Positions 1 through 9,577 of a stretch of DNA of 32,000 nucleotides are shown here, piece after piece. Location of the stretch: contig NZ_CP007754.1 of the NCBI RefSeq assembly GCF_000757865.1, positions 1,500,001 through 1,532,000 on the forward strand, read 5' to 3'. Positions within the stretch are counted from its first letter, which is position 1; every line of letters starts with the position of its first letter. This DNA comes from Prochlorococcus sp. MIT 0801. GTDB taxonomy: Bacteria; Cyanobacteriota; Cyanobacteriia; PCC-6307; Cyanobiaceae. The position numbers and the translations under genes are program-made. The notes under the pieces are model-generated. The model did not search any database, was not told the DNA's origin, and was given only the letters and a program-made list of their open reading frames with translations.

Positions 1-1
1 A

Positions 2-280
2 ATTGAGATTTCTAGAAAAGCCGATCTACTAATCCATGAATCAACTTATTCATATAAAGAAACTGAAATGGCATATGAACGCGGACATTCAACTGCAACA
101 ATGGCCGCTCAGATTGCTGCAAAAGCGAGTGTTGATCAACTAATTCTTACTCATTTGAGTCCAAGGTATACCCCTGGCAATCAAACATGTCCTAATGATT
201 TGCTTAATGAAGCAAAAGCAATTTTTCCAAATACCCAGTTAGCAAGAGACTTTCTACAAATTGATATAAATAAAAGCTGA
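2..280 (+). CDS. rnz: Ribonuclease Z (metallo-beta-lactamase fold), C-terminal fragment; 5' end lies outside the window
   Basis: The frame of the 68..280 ORF stays open to the window edge ([32 protein letters not shown]...[10 protein letters not shown]). The HEST, GHST and LTHxSxRY motifs are typical of the RNase Z C-terminus. Confidence 0.8.
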   Translation: MEISRKADLLIHESTYSYKETEMAYERGHSTATMAAQIAAKASVDQLILTHLSPRYTPGNQTCPNDLLNEAKAIFPNTQLARDFLQIDINKS

Positions 281-372
281 AACTGCAACAGTTCGTGATC
301 CCTTTGCCTATGAAATGCCTCTACATGAAACAATAGTCGAGTTTGGTGCTTCTTTAATCGCTGGCGTTATTA

Positions 373-921
373 ATGAATTCTTTTATTTCTTCCCTGAAAA
401 GGTCCTTTACAAGACTATTTGTCTTGATACCTGTGCTTGCAAGTCTCATTATTAGTCCTCTTTCTGTAAGTGCCTTGTATCCCAGCGATCCTTCTTCAGT
501 GGAGAGCTTAGATACAAGCTTGGCTGGTAAGGACTTGCAAAATACAGAGTATGTAAAATACGACTTATCAGGAAAAGATCTTGGTGGGGCGAATTTCACT
601 GGGGCTTATTTCAGTGTCTCAACTTTGAAGGACTCTGATCTAACAGGAGCAAACATGACCAATGTTATTGCTTATGCTACAAGGTTTGATAATGCGAACC
701 TAACAAACGTAAATCTTACGGGTGCAGAGTTGCTTAAGAGTGTTTTTGATGGTGTAACCATTGATGGTGCTGACTTTACTGATGCTGTATTAGATAGAAG
801 TCAACAGAAAAAACTCTGCGAAGTAGCGACTGGTAGCACAGCCGAAAGTCTTGGTTGTAGTACTACAGCTGCTGGATACGTGCCTGCGACCAAAGGTCAA
901 GGTTTCAACCCAGGTACTTAA
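373..921 (+). CDS. Pentapeptide-repeat protein with N-terminal signal peptide (thylakoid-lumen / periplasmic type)
   Basis: A hydrophobic N-terminus ends in SVSA-LY. It is followed by repeated A(D/N)LxG-type pentapeptides (GANFTGAYFS, SDLTGANMTN, ANLTNVNLTGAEL, DGADFTDAVL). Confidence 0.85.
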   Translation: MNSFISSLKRSFTRLFVLIPVLASLIISPLSVSALYPSDPSSVESLDTSLAGKDLQNTEYVKYDLSGKDLGGANFTGAYFSVSTLKDSDLTGANMTNVIAYATRFDNANLTNVNLTGAELLKSVFDGVTIDGADFTDAVLDRSQQKKLCEVATGSTAESLGCSTTAAGYVPATKGQGFNPGT

Positions 922-934
922 ATTCATCAAAGAA

Positions 935-985
935 TTAATAACCAATAAAAAAAGGGCCAATGGCCCTTTTTTTATTGGTTATTAA
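935..985. terminator. Bidirectional intrinsic terminator: 51-nt perfect palindrome centred on position 960
   Basis: TTAATAACCAATAAAAAAAGGGCCA-A-TGGCCCTTTTTTTATTGGTTATTAA has a GC core stem flanked by A7/T7 runs. It sits between the convergent genes 373..921(+) and 995..1186(-). Confidence 0.7.
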
Positions 986-994
986 CTAACTTTT

Positions 995-1186
995 TTACTT
1001 GGTCACAAGAAAGAAAGCCGCTGCAGCTCCTCCAACCGCAAACATAGGCAAACCAACTAACAAATGTGAGGTGCCAAAGCCAAATCCTTTTTGGCGCAGT
1101 ATAAAATAGCCAACTCCAGCAGCTCCAGCAGCTAAAGGAATAGCGGCAGTAGCTGCAGAAGCAACAGCGTGATAGTCGAAGTTCAT
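995..1186 (-). CDS. Small Gly/Ala-rich two-helix membrane protein, function unknown
   Basis: A 63-aa ORF with an ATG start and two hydrophobic Gly/Ala-rich segments. It ends just before the shared terminator. Confidence 0.55.
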   Translation of the reverse strand: MNFDYHAVASAATAAIPLAAGAAGVGYFILRQKGFGFGTSHLLVGLPMFAVGGAAAAFFLVTK

Positions 1187-1310
1187 CCCTGTGTTGAAAT
1201 TTAATTACTTACAATTATCCTTCAAATTTGAAAAATGGTATGAAATCATACCCGAAATGCCTCATATCTTCATCACTTTAAATCCAAAAAGAATTTCCTT
1301 TTTTCAAAAC

Positions 1311-1700
1311 TCATGCCACTTGAGGTGCAATATTTGAGCTATCTCTAGAACGTGGATGCTTGCTATACCACCATTCCTGAATATTCGTATCTAAACGACT
1401 AGAGAATAAAGTCAAAATAGTTTTTGTTGGTTTCACTCCTGGTTGGATAATCTCAACCGAATATGATGGACACTTTTGAGCGGCAATATCAGCAACCAAT
1501 CTTTTCCCAATTCTCCTCCAACTAGGCTCCTTACTTCGCCATGAGAGCCTGCAACAAGGCCAAGGTAATTCCTCACGGTCGTAGAGACGACAACATGGTC
1601 CTAGAACCCTAAAACTAAATTGACCACCAATACTTGAATGAATAGAACCATGATCTAAAAGACCTTGAACTTTATTTGTTGGCAAAACTTCTGAAATCAA
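1311..1700 (-). CDS. Hypothetical Arg/Trp/Cys-rich protein (duplicated P-C-C-R-L motif)
   Basis: A 129-codon open frame, which is long for this AT-rich DNA, and locally GC-richer. It has only a TTG start and no Met codon anywhere in the frame. Confidence 0.45.
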   Translation of the reverse strand: MISEVLPTNKVQGLLDHGSIHSSIGGQFSFRVLGPCCRLYDREELPWPCCRLSWRSKEPSWRRIGKRLVADIAAQKCPSYSVEIIQPGVKPTKTILTLFSSRLDTNIQEWWYSKHPRSRDSSNIAPQVA

Positions 1701-1809
1701 TTAGAAACTAAGTAATTTTATTTGCGCCCATGAGCACATAAATAAGAGGTTGGCGAGAAAGGAGATCTTTGGCAAGCAAAACGATGAAAATCTGGCGAAA
1801 AAATTAATA

Positions 1810-2118
<309 letters not shown>

Positions 2119-2146
2119 TTAATCTGAAAAGTTAGATTTTATTTAA

Positions 2147-3082
2147 TCAAGAGAAATTTGGAGTCAAAACCATTAAGGCCCATTGTTCCTTTGTCTTTAT
2201 TTCAAGAACTTGCCAACCAAGCTGTAAAAAGAATTCTTGAAGTTCTTTGATTTGCTGAACTAATAAACCAGATAAAATCACTTTACCTTTATGTCCAATG
2301 ATTTTTTCGAAACTGGGACCCATTAATTTTATGACGGGTGCAAGAATATTGCATAGGACCAAATCAATTTTTTCTTTCGGCATATTCGCCTCAATTTCCT
2401 CAATAGAACCATGAAAAAAATTTAATTTGTTTTCAGGAAAATTATTTAAATCAGAGTTAGTTTTGGTAGCTGAAATTGCTAAAGAATCAGTATCAACTGA
2501 GAAAGTACTCTTCGCGCCCAATTTCAATGCAATTATGGATAATATTCCGCTTCCACAACCTAAATCAGCAATTGTTTGACCTACTGGAGGATCTTTATCC
2601 AAGGCTTCAATGCATAGTCGTGTAGAAGGATGGCTACCAGTTCCAAATGCACTTCCAGGATCTAAACGAATAATTTTTCGTGCTAAAAATTTTTCAGGAA
2701 TGTCTAACCACGCCGGTAAAATCAAAATTGATTTTCCTATGGGATCAGGCTTCCAGTTCTTTTTCCAACTTAAGCTCCAATCTTCATCTTTTACGTGAAT
2801 CCATTTGCAAGGAGGCAACTCCAATTCAAAAGTCTTTGACAACGAAATTAGTGATTGGGCTAAGGCCTCTTGCTGCCTAACTGACCACTCACTTAAGGGA
2901 AGCCATATAAATAGAGTTTTAGTGCAGTTGTTATTTGGATCATGCTCAAAAGAGAATCTATGAATTTCTAAATTGCTCAACAACCAATAAAAAGAATCTT
3001 CTAGTTCAAAAGAAAATTCCTGCTCCAATCTCAACCAAGAAAACTGAGAGTTTTGCAAATTTATAGTTTTTTTAACTATCAA
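2147..3082 (-). CDS. prmA: Ribosomal protein L11 methyltransferase
   Basis: DPGSAFGTGSHPSTRLC and the SAM motif DLGCGSGILSI are present. The TTG start lies directly after the serA stop. Confidence 0.9.
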   Translation of the reverse strand: MIVKKTINLQNSQFSWLRLEQEFSFELEDSFYWLLSNLEIHRFSFEHDPNNNCTKTLFIWLPLSEWSVRQQEALAQSLISLSKTFELELPPCKWIHVKDEDWSLSWKKNWKPDPIGKSILILPAWLDIPEKFLARKIIRLDPGSAFGTGSHPSTRLCIEALDKDPPVGQTIADLGCGSGILSIIALKLGAKSTFSVDTDSLAISATKTNSDLNNFPENKLNFFHGSIEEIEANMPKEKIDLVLCNILAPVIKLMGPSFEKIIGHKGKVILSGLLVQQIKELQEFFLQLGWQVLEIKTKEQWALMVLTPNFS

Positions 3083-3083
3083 T

Positions 3084-4670
3084 TTATAGAGTCACAGAAT
3101 GAGCTTCATTTATTCCTTGCATTGAAAGAATTGAGCCCAACAACTCAGAGGGGATAGGGTCATCAATACTTAAAACCATAACGGCCTCACCTCTTACAAT
3201 CCTTCTTCCTACTTGCATTGAGGCAATATTCACATTGTATTTTCCAAGAAGTGAACCTATCTGACCAATGATTCCAGGCATGTCCCTATGTCTTGTAAAA
3301 AGCATATGTCTACTTGGCACAAAATTTATCGGGTACTCATCAATACTTGTAATACCCAGATCTCCATCACCAAAAACAGTACCAGAAACACTGTGAGCAC
3401 CTTTATCACTAAAACTATCCAACTGCAAAGAGCCTCGAGCAAACTCTGGGCTCAACTCATCCTTAATTTCCACCACATCAATACCACGTCCTTTAGCTTC
3501 CAATGAAGCGTTTACATAATTAATTTTATCGCCCAATGCATTGGTGAGTAATCCCTTCAAAGTTGCAATAACTAGAGGTTGAGATGGATGTTGAGCGAAT
3601 TCCCCTTGCAGACGTACTTCTAATTTTTGAATCTGTCCCCCTGAAATTTGACTAACCAATAATCCTAATGTCTCCGCAAGTTTTAAATGTGGTTTAAGAC
3701 TATCCATTATCTCTGCGCTAAGACCAGGAATATTTACAGCACTGCGTGCAGGCAAGCCTAAAAGGACATCTCTAATTTGTTCTGCAACATCAATTGCTAC
3801 ATTTTGCTGCGCCTCAACAGTTGAAGCGCCTAGATGAGGAGTAAGTACCAAGCCTTTTTTTACAGCGCGTAAAGGGGAGTCCTCAGCTAAAGGTTCTTTT
3901 GCGTATACATCGATTGCAGCACCTTGAATAACATTTTCGGCTAATGCATTAGCTAAATCATTTTCATTAATAATGCCACCCCTTGCACAGTTCACCAATC
4001 TTGCCGTTGGTTTCATTTTTCTTAGAAGCTTAATATCAACTAAATTCTCTGTTTCAGGTGTCCTTGGAAGATGAAGGGTTACATAATCAGATTCTTTAAA
4101 CAACTCTTCAATATCGCTTAATCTAACCTGCATTTGCTGAGCTCTTTCAGTAGAAACAAAAGGATCAAATCCAATGATTTCCATACCCATTGCATTTGCA
4201 ACCTTTGCGACATGAGATCCAATCTTGCCAAGTCCAACGACTCCTAAGGTTTTCTTATAAAGCTCATTTCCTACGTATTTTTTTCGATCCCAACCTCCAG
4301 AGAACATACTTGCGTGCGCTTGGGGAATATTTCTAGATAATGCAAGAATCATTGCTAAAGCATGCTCAGCTGCTGCAATCGTATTTCCACCTGGAGAATT
4401 AACGACTAAGACACCCTTTCTCGTAGCAGTTGGCACATCAACATTATCCACACCAACTCCAGCTCTACCAATGATTCTTAATTTCTTAGCCTCAGATATA
4501 ACATCTGATGTGACTTGGGTTCCGGAACGGATCATTAATCCGTCATAATCACCAATAATATTCTTCAACTGATCTGCTGAAAGACCTACTTTTTGGTCAA
4601 CCTGAGCAACCTGAGTAAGAATATCTATACCTGCTTGATCAATGGGATCAGAAACAAGAACTTTCGTCAT
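3084..4670 (-). CDS. serA: D-3-phosphoglycerate dehydrogenase with C-terminal ACT domain
   Basis: 528 aa with the NAD fold GVVGLGKIGSHVA, the catalytic region NCARGG...TPHLGAST, and a long C-terminal regulatory extension. Confidence 0.95.
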   Translation of the reverse strand: MTKVLVSDPIDQAGIDILTQVAQVDQKVGLSADQLKNIIGDYDGLMIRSGTQVTSDVISEAKKLRIIGRAGVGVDNVDVPTATRKGVLVVNSPGGNTIAAAEHALAMILALSRNIPQAHASMFSGGWDRKKYVGNELYKKTLGVVGLGKIGSHVAKVANAMGMEIIGFDPFVSTERAQQMQVRLSDIEELFKESDYVTLHLPRTPETENLVDIKLLRKMKPTARLVNCARGGIINENDLANALAENVIQGAAIDVYAKEPLAEDSPLRAVKKGLVLTPHLGASTVEAQQNVAIDVAEQIRDVLLGLPARSAVNIPGLSAEIMDSLKPHLKLAETLGLLVSQISGGQIQKLEVRLQGEFAQHPSQPLVIATLKGLLTNALGDKINYVNASLEAKGRGIDVVEIKDELSPEFARGSLQLDSFSDKGAHSVSGTVFGDGDLGITSIDEYPINFVPSRHMLFTRHRDMPGIIGQIGSLLGKYNVNIASMQVGRRIVRGEAVMVLSIDDPIPSELLGSILSMQGINEAHSVTL

Positions 4671-4774
4671 TAAGGGCGATAAACGTGCCGATCTGAACTT
4701 TAGTGATCTATTTGCCGCTGACCAGAATTATGTTGAGCAGGATTGAATATCCAAACATTTCTAGGAGTTAATTT

Positions 4775-5338
4775 GTGTCCACATACGTAATCACCTTAAA
4801 AGAAAAGAAACTAGCAAAAGAGTTATTACTCAAATTAAGGGAAGCTCAAACACCAATCACTAATTGCGATCTTGTAGAACCATTGGATAATAGGACGGAT
4901 AATGAAGATTCAAATCTAGATACGTCTGAAGGAATATTAGTCAATCAATCAAATTTTAAGGATATCAAGCTTTTGAATCCAGCACTTGCTAGGAAAGATC
5001 GCCAAAAAGCTCTAGCGACATGGTTAATACCCTTTGGTTTTATTGCAGGCCTAAGTTTTTCCCAAATGACCGATCTAAAGACGTTTGCAAATATGGGGTT
5101 CCCAAATCAATTAGAGAAGCTCTTAGGTGGCCTAGTTGGAATGATTTCAGGAGCGCTGGGAAGTTTTTTTTCAGCTGGAGGCACTAACCAAGAGACATTT
5201 GATGATTTGAGAGCTATTCGAAAAAAAAGTGAAGAGGGTTGTTGGCTATTAATCCTAGAATTACCAATAGAAATAGAACCACCTTGGGTAATTCTAAAAG
5301 AAACAGACAGCATAGAAATAATAATCCTAAGCAAATAA
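4775..5338 (+). CDS. Conserved hypothetical membrane protein
   Basis: 187-aa ORF with a GTG start, a charged N-terminal half and then Gly-rich hydrophobic segments (WLIPFGFIAGL, LLGGLVGMISGALGSFF). It is divergent from serA. Confidence 0.6.
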   Translation: MSTYVITLKEKKLAKELLLKLREAQTPITNCDLVEPLDNRTDNEDSNLDTSEGILVNQSNFKDIKLLNPALARKDRQKALATWLIPFGFIAGLSFSQMTDLKTFANMGFPNQLEKLLGGLVGMISGALGSFFSAGGTNQETFDDLRAIRKKSEEGCWLLILELPIEIEPPWVILKETDSIEIIILSK

Positions 5339-5494
5339 TATTACTTAATTCAACAATATTTACAAAAAAGTGATTATAAACATTAGATAGTTTCCGTCCA
5401 AAATTGAATATTATATTTCTCTAAATACAGAAGAAAAACAAAAATATGGTTTAGACTATTTACTAATAAAAATTAGAAAATCCTATCTATCTTC

Positions 5495-6283
5495 ATGCAT
5501 CTTCCAAAAGAAAAGATCCTATTTAAAAGTCCTTTTCGCAAAGAGTTAGAGATATTGCTTCATTTTGCAGAGAAGGCTCTAAGCGACAGAGTAGCGACAT
5601 GGTCCCCTTTTTTATCAGCACAATTAATAGAGGAAGTTAAAAATAAATTTAATAACTTGAATGATATAAATCTTCTTTTTGAGGGAGGATTCCCAAGAGC
5701 AGAACGTAAAAGAATATGTTTCCTAAGATCTGAAGAAGAAATGAACTATCCCTCTATCAATATCCCCATAAAAGGTCTTTATATAAAAGGCAATTTCCTG
5801 TTTGACAGAGCCAAACAAAATGATTTTAGAGATGTCTTATATGAACTTCATGCACAAGCAGATGAAATTGGAGACATTTGGTTAATAAGAGACAGAGGAG
5901 CTCAAGCTATTTGCTCGGAAAAATGTGCTGATTCAATAAATCAAAAGAATGGAAGGCTAAGAGAAGTTGAAATATCAATCCACGCATTAGATTTAAATGA
6001 GATGGAGATCCCATTCAATAGACCAGAGAAAGTAATCAATACGGTTGAGGCCTCTACAAGGATTGATGCAATAGCCTCTGCAGGCTTTGGGCTCTCAAGA
6101 TCAAAAATAACTACACAAATCAAGCAAGGGTGTTTGCGACTTAACTGGGCTTTGAATGATCAGCCCAGCAAATCGGTAAATATTGGAGACCTTATTCATT
6201 TAGAGAAAAAAGGTTCGCTTAAAATTTTAAATATTGATAAAACAAAAAAAGAGCGCTGGAGAATCAAATTACTAAGGCAGTAA
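5495..6283 (+). CDS. S4-domain RNA-binding protein (cyanobacterial PSII S4-domain / YlmH-like)
   Basis: 262 aa with a C-terminal S4 motif region RIDAIASAGFGLSRSKITTQIKQGCLRLNW...NIGDLIHLEKKG. Confidence 0.75.
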   Translation: MHLPKEKILFKSPFRKELEILLHFAEKALSDRVATWSPFLSAQLIEEVKNKFNNLNDINLLFEGGFPRAERKRICFLRSEEEMNYPSINIPIKGLYIKGNFLFDRAKQNDFRDVLYELHAQADEIGDIWLIRDRGAQAICSEKCADSINQKNGRLREVEISIHALDLNEMEIPFNRPEKVINTVEASTRIDAIASAGFGLSRSKITTQIKQGCLRLNWALNDQPSKSVNIGDLIHLEKKGSLKILNIDKTKKERWRIKLLRQ

Positions 6284-6351
6284 GGATAAGGACCTATTGC
6301 CTGCTAACTTTACTAAGTAACTTGATAACTCAATTCCAAGATGTTTCTCAA

Positions 6352-6423
<72 letters not shown>

Positions 6424-6490
6424 TTCATTAACATCCGACGGGTGCAGACATATTCCAAACTACAACGATAGTGAAGGTTTTTCCATCTCT

Positions 6491-6637
6491 TTACTTATCA
6501 AACATTTGATGAAGTTTAATCCATTTGATTTCACTCTCGCTTTGATCTACCAGACCATTCAGAGAATACTCAACATGCGTTGGCTCTTGAATTTCTTTTC
6601 CTTTCAAAATTTCGATACCATCAATTTTTACAGCCAT
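6491..6637 (-). CDS. Possible 48-aa ORF (MAVKIDGIEILKGKEIQEPTHVEYSLNGLVDQSESEIKWIKLHQMFDK)
   Basis: ATG to TAA, read by hand. It is the only sizeable open frame in the 0.5-kb gap between tRNA-Val and murD, and I recognise no family. Confidence 0.25.
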   Translation of the reverse strand: MAVKIDGIEILKGKEIQEPTHVEYSLNGLVDQSESEIKWIKLHQMFDK

Positions 6638-6932
6638 TAAAAAGAAGCAAATACATTTGCATCAAAACAACTTTTAGAGAACAAAGCTAGAGCTATTAAT
6701 CTTTTTTTTATTTTATTAAAATAAATTTTAATAAGATTAACTTCATTTCTTGAAAGGGAAGATATTCAAGAAGCTATGAACAAAATATCTTTATTTAAGA
6801 ATCAAAACAATACTAATATAAAGATATTTTATATTAGAGAGTAGTCAAAAATAGACTGCAATCAAATCCCCCCTCTAATGCATCAGCTAAATACCAAGGA
6901 TAAAATCTATTAACATAAAAATCCAAATCAAA

Positions 6933-8348
6933 TTGTCAAAACAAGAAAAATCAAATCAAATACATATCGTACTTGGACTAGGCTGCTCTGGAATAAGTGC
7001 CGCAAAACTACTTAAATCAGAAGGAAAAAACGTTTTAGTTTTAGAGAGTAATTCAAATGAAAAACTATTAAATATATCCAAAAAATTAAAATCAGAAGGA
7101 ATCAACGTTATTTTACTTGACGAACCACTTCATATTAATAATTTTATCCCCTGGATAGAAAGTGTTTGTTCTATTACTGTAAGTCCAGGAATAGATTGGG
7201 AGCATATAGCGCTGAAAGAATTAAGATATAAGGATATCAAAATCCAGGGAGAAGTAGAATTAGCCTGGGAAAGATTAAAGCATATCCCGTCTATCGGAAT
7301 AACTGGAACTAATGGAAAAACTACCGTCACAAACATGCTTAACCATGTTCTTAAATTAAATAATTTAAGAACTGATATGGGAGGAAATATTGGGAAAGCA
7401 TTATCCAAAATTGCTTTAGAAAGTATAAAGAATAATGACCAAGAGTTAAACTGGCTAGTACTAGAATTAAGTAGTTATCAAATTGAAAGTTCACCAAAAG
7501 TAGCCCCTAACATAGGTATATGGACAACATTTACCCCTGATCATTTAGAAAGACATAATAATATAGAAAATTATTTCAAAATAAAGCGTAGTTTACTTGA
7601 GAAATCATCAATTCGGATTTATAATTCTGATGATAAATATTTGTCCAGCAAAAGAAAAGAATTACCTAAAGGTATATGGGTTGGAACAAAACAACAATCC
7701 TTCTACTCTCAATATCAAAAATTCTGGATCGATCAAAAAGGTTATATTTTTGAAGACAAAAAGAAACTATTTCATAGTTCTATACTCAAGATACCAGGCG
7801 AACATAATCTACAAAACCTATTGCTTGTAATAGCTGCGGCAAGAGAAGTAGGGCTTGATCATTTATCAATAGCCAAATCAATAGATTCATTTAAATCAAT
7901 CCCTCATAGATTGGAGTATTTAGGAAAGATAAAAAATTTAAGTGTTTATAACGACAGCAAAGCCACTAATTTCGACTCTTCACTAACTGGTCTAAAATCT
8001 ATTCCTCATCCAATAGTTTTACTAGCTGGTGGGATACAAAAGAAAGGAGATTATCTGCCATGGGTGAAACAAATAAAGCGATCTACCAATGGGATAGTTT
8101 TATTTGGACTTAGTGCAAATAATTTGAAAGAAAAATTATTAAAGTTTTCTTATATAGGAGAAATAATTGTCAAACAAAATCTAGAAGAAGCGACAATAGC
8201 ATCTATAGAGATGGCAAGGAAAACCAACTCAAAAAGCATACTATTATCACCAGCCTGTGCAAGTTTTGATCAATATAAAAACTACGAAGAAAGAGGGGAT
8301 CATTTCAAAAATCTACTTAAAAAGTATACACCTATCCAAATGATCTGA
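6933..8348 (+). CDS. murD: UDP-N-acetylmuramoylalanine--D-glutamate ligase
   Basis: N-terminal Rossmann motif VLGLGCSGISAA, Mur-ligase P-loop GITGTNGKTT, and DSKATN near the C-terminal domain. The start is TTG because no ATG precedes the GxGxxG motif. Confidence 0.92.
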   Translation: MSKQEKSNQIHIVLGLGCSGISAAKLLKSEGKNVLVLESNSNEKLLNISKKLKSEGINVILLDEPLHINNFIPWIESVCSITVSPGIDWEHIALKELRYKDIKIQGEVELAWERLKHIPSIGITGTNGKTTVTNMLNHVLKLNNLRTDMGGNIGKALSKIALESIKNNDQELNWLVLELSSYQIESSPKVAPNIGIWTTFTPDHLERHNNIENYFKIKRSLLEKSSIRIYNSDDKYLSSKRKELPKGIWVGTKQQSFYSQYQKFWIDQKGYIFEDKKKLFHSSILKIPGEHNLQNLLLVIAAAREVGLDHLSIAKSIDSFKSIPHRLEYLGKIKNLSVYNDSKATNFDSSLTGLKSIPHPIVLLAGGIQKKGDYLPWVKQIKRSTNGIVLFGLSANNLKEKLLKFSYIGEIIVKQNLEEATIASIEMARKTNSKSILLSPACASFDQYKNYEERGDHFKNLLKKYTPIQMI

Positions 8349-8438
8349 TTTATCAAAACAGATTAGACTTGGTCGGAGATCCACCCTTGGTCATTATTTT
8401 ACACATGATAATTTATATGCAGATTTGCTAGAAATAAG

Positions 8439-8747
8439 TTGAACCCAAATCATTCCCCCGAAAATGCTATTAGTCACAAGGAGTTAAATGCTTTTTTGAT
8501 AAAAGCCCAAAAAGACTCACCCTTAAATGATTCTCTTGAAGATAACAAAAGTAAGGAAGAAGAGGATTTTAATGATTTAATAAAAAATTGGACCACAACA
8601 AGTCAAAAAATACTCTTAATTATGAATAGCAAGGAAAAAGTTTTCACTAAGAATAGAGATCCTAAATCTCTTATGGCCTTTGGGGCGATGGGTGCACATA
8701 TAAATATGGCTCTACAAGCGCACAAAGCGACTGGATCTAATCAATAA
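8439..8747 (+). CDS. Hypothetical protein
   Basis: 102-aa ORF with a TTG start, charged and low in complexity. No recognisable motif. Confidence 0.4.
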   Translation: MNPNHSPENAISHKELNAFLIKAQKDSPLNDSLEDNKSKEEEDFNDLIKNWTTTSQKILLIMNSKEKVFTKNRDPKSLMAFGAMGAHINMALQAHKATGSNQ

Positions 8748-8861
8748 TAATAAAACATTAGTCTTTTATTACATAAGAAATTTAAAAACCAAAATGGAGT
8801 TTTTAAAAAATTATAATGAGAAAATAAATCCTTTATCATAAGGGTTACACAATTATTTATT

Positions 8862-9290
8862 TTGCCCGAGCAAAACCAAAACCCACTTGTCCTAGTTCCA
8901 GAGACAACTGCTAAGTCAATGAAATTGATGTCAATCGAACCCAAGGGTTCGATTGATGATTTGATTTATTGTCACCTATACGGCGTTGTTGGTGATTGGT
9001 ATCTTTCGGAGATATCAGTAGATAGAAAAATAGCTTTTGGATTTCAAATCATAAATTCTGAACCTGTATGGGAAATGGATAATTGGGTAACTAATTCCAG
9101 TAAATGGGGAGAAATTCCGATCAAAAAACTACAAGGTCTTGTCAATGAGAAATTTCTAAAAGAGAAAGATATTCGGTTTTTAATTACAAGAGATTTATTT
9201 TGGGAACCTATCAAGTTTTCAGAGATTAATATTGAACAAAATACTCTTTTCTATCCAGGGACAACCGATAGAAGTTTATCTAGAATATAG
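8862..9290 (+). CDS. Hypothetical protein, DUF2958-like pattern
   Basis: The pattern LVPETTAKS...HLYGVVGDWYLSEI...AFGF...WGEIPIKKLQGL...ITRDLFWEPIKF resembles the DUF2958 layout as I recall it. The start is uncertain: TTG at 8862 or ATG at 8919. Confidence 0.45.
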   Translation: MPEQNQNPLVLVPETTAKSMKLMSIEPKGSIDDLIYCHLYGVVGDWYLSEISVDRKIAFGFQIINSEPVWEMDNWVTNSSKWGEIPIKKLQGLVNEKFLKEKDIRFLITRDLFWEPIKFSEINIEQNTLFYPGTTDRSLSRI

Positions 9291-9331
9291 GAAAGACTGA
9301 ATCTCACCTATCTAAATAATTTTTAATTAAA

Positions 9332-9577
9332 ATGAATGAAATAGACCCCCAAAATGATCCTCTTTATTTATTAACAAAAGCTGTTGAGCAAGGCGATCCT
9401 AAAGTTTCCAAAGAAGTAAAGGATCGCCTTGATAAATCAGATGATCCTTCAGAAATGAGATATTTAGAGGGATTACTTATACTACTTGGTGAGAGACCTG
9501 GAGAACTAGAAGATCCACCCGACGTAGAAGATGATCCAGATGAATATTGGAAAGAAAATGATTACTTTGAGGTCTAA
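9332..9577 (+). CDS. Small highly acidic hypothetical protein
   Basis: 81-aa ORF with an ATG start and a D/E/P-rich C-terminal half. Its stop overlaps the stop of the convergent transporter gene by 4 nt. Confidence 0.5.
   Translation: MNEIDPQNDPLYLLTKAVEQGDPKVSKEVKDRLDKSDDPSEMRYLEGLLILLGERPGELEDPPDVEDDPDEYWKENDYFEV

Noticed and set aside
354-599. Track ORFs lying antisense to or inside strongly supported genes: 354..599, 2610..2798, 2680..2880, 3288..3506, 5107..5334, 5941..6123, 7130..7408, 7597..7830, 10112..10336, 12404..12592, 26999..27235, 28193..28495, 28739..28972, 30398..30604. Also 8741..8944, which overlaps the DUF2958-like ORF.
   Set aside because: Each overlaps a CDS with clear family motifs on the other strand or in another frame. 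Their sequences are low-complexity with no motifs, which is typical of shadow ORFs.
6424-6932. The 0.5-kb AT-rich gap directly downstream of tRNA-Val as a possible phage or island integration scar
   Set aside because: There is no integrase, no direct repeat of the tRNA 3' end, and no phage-like ORFs. Only a weak 48-aa ORF is present.
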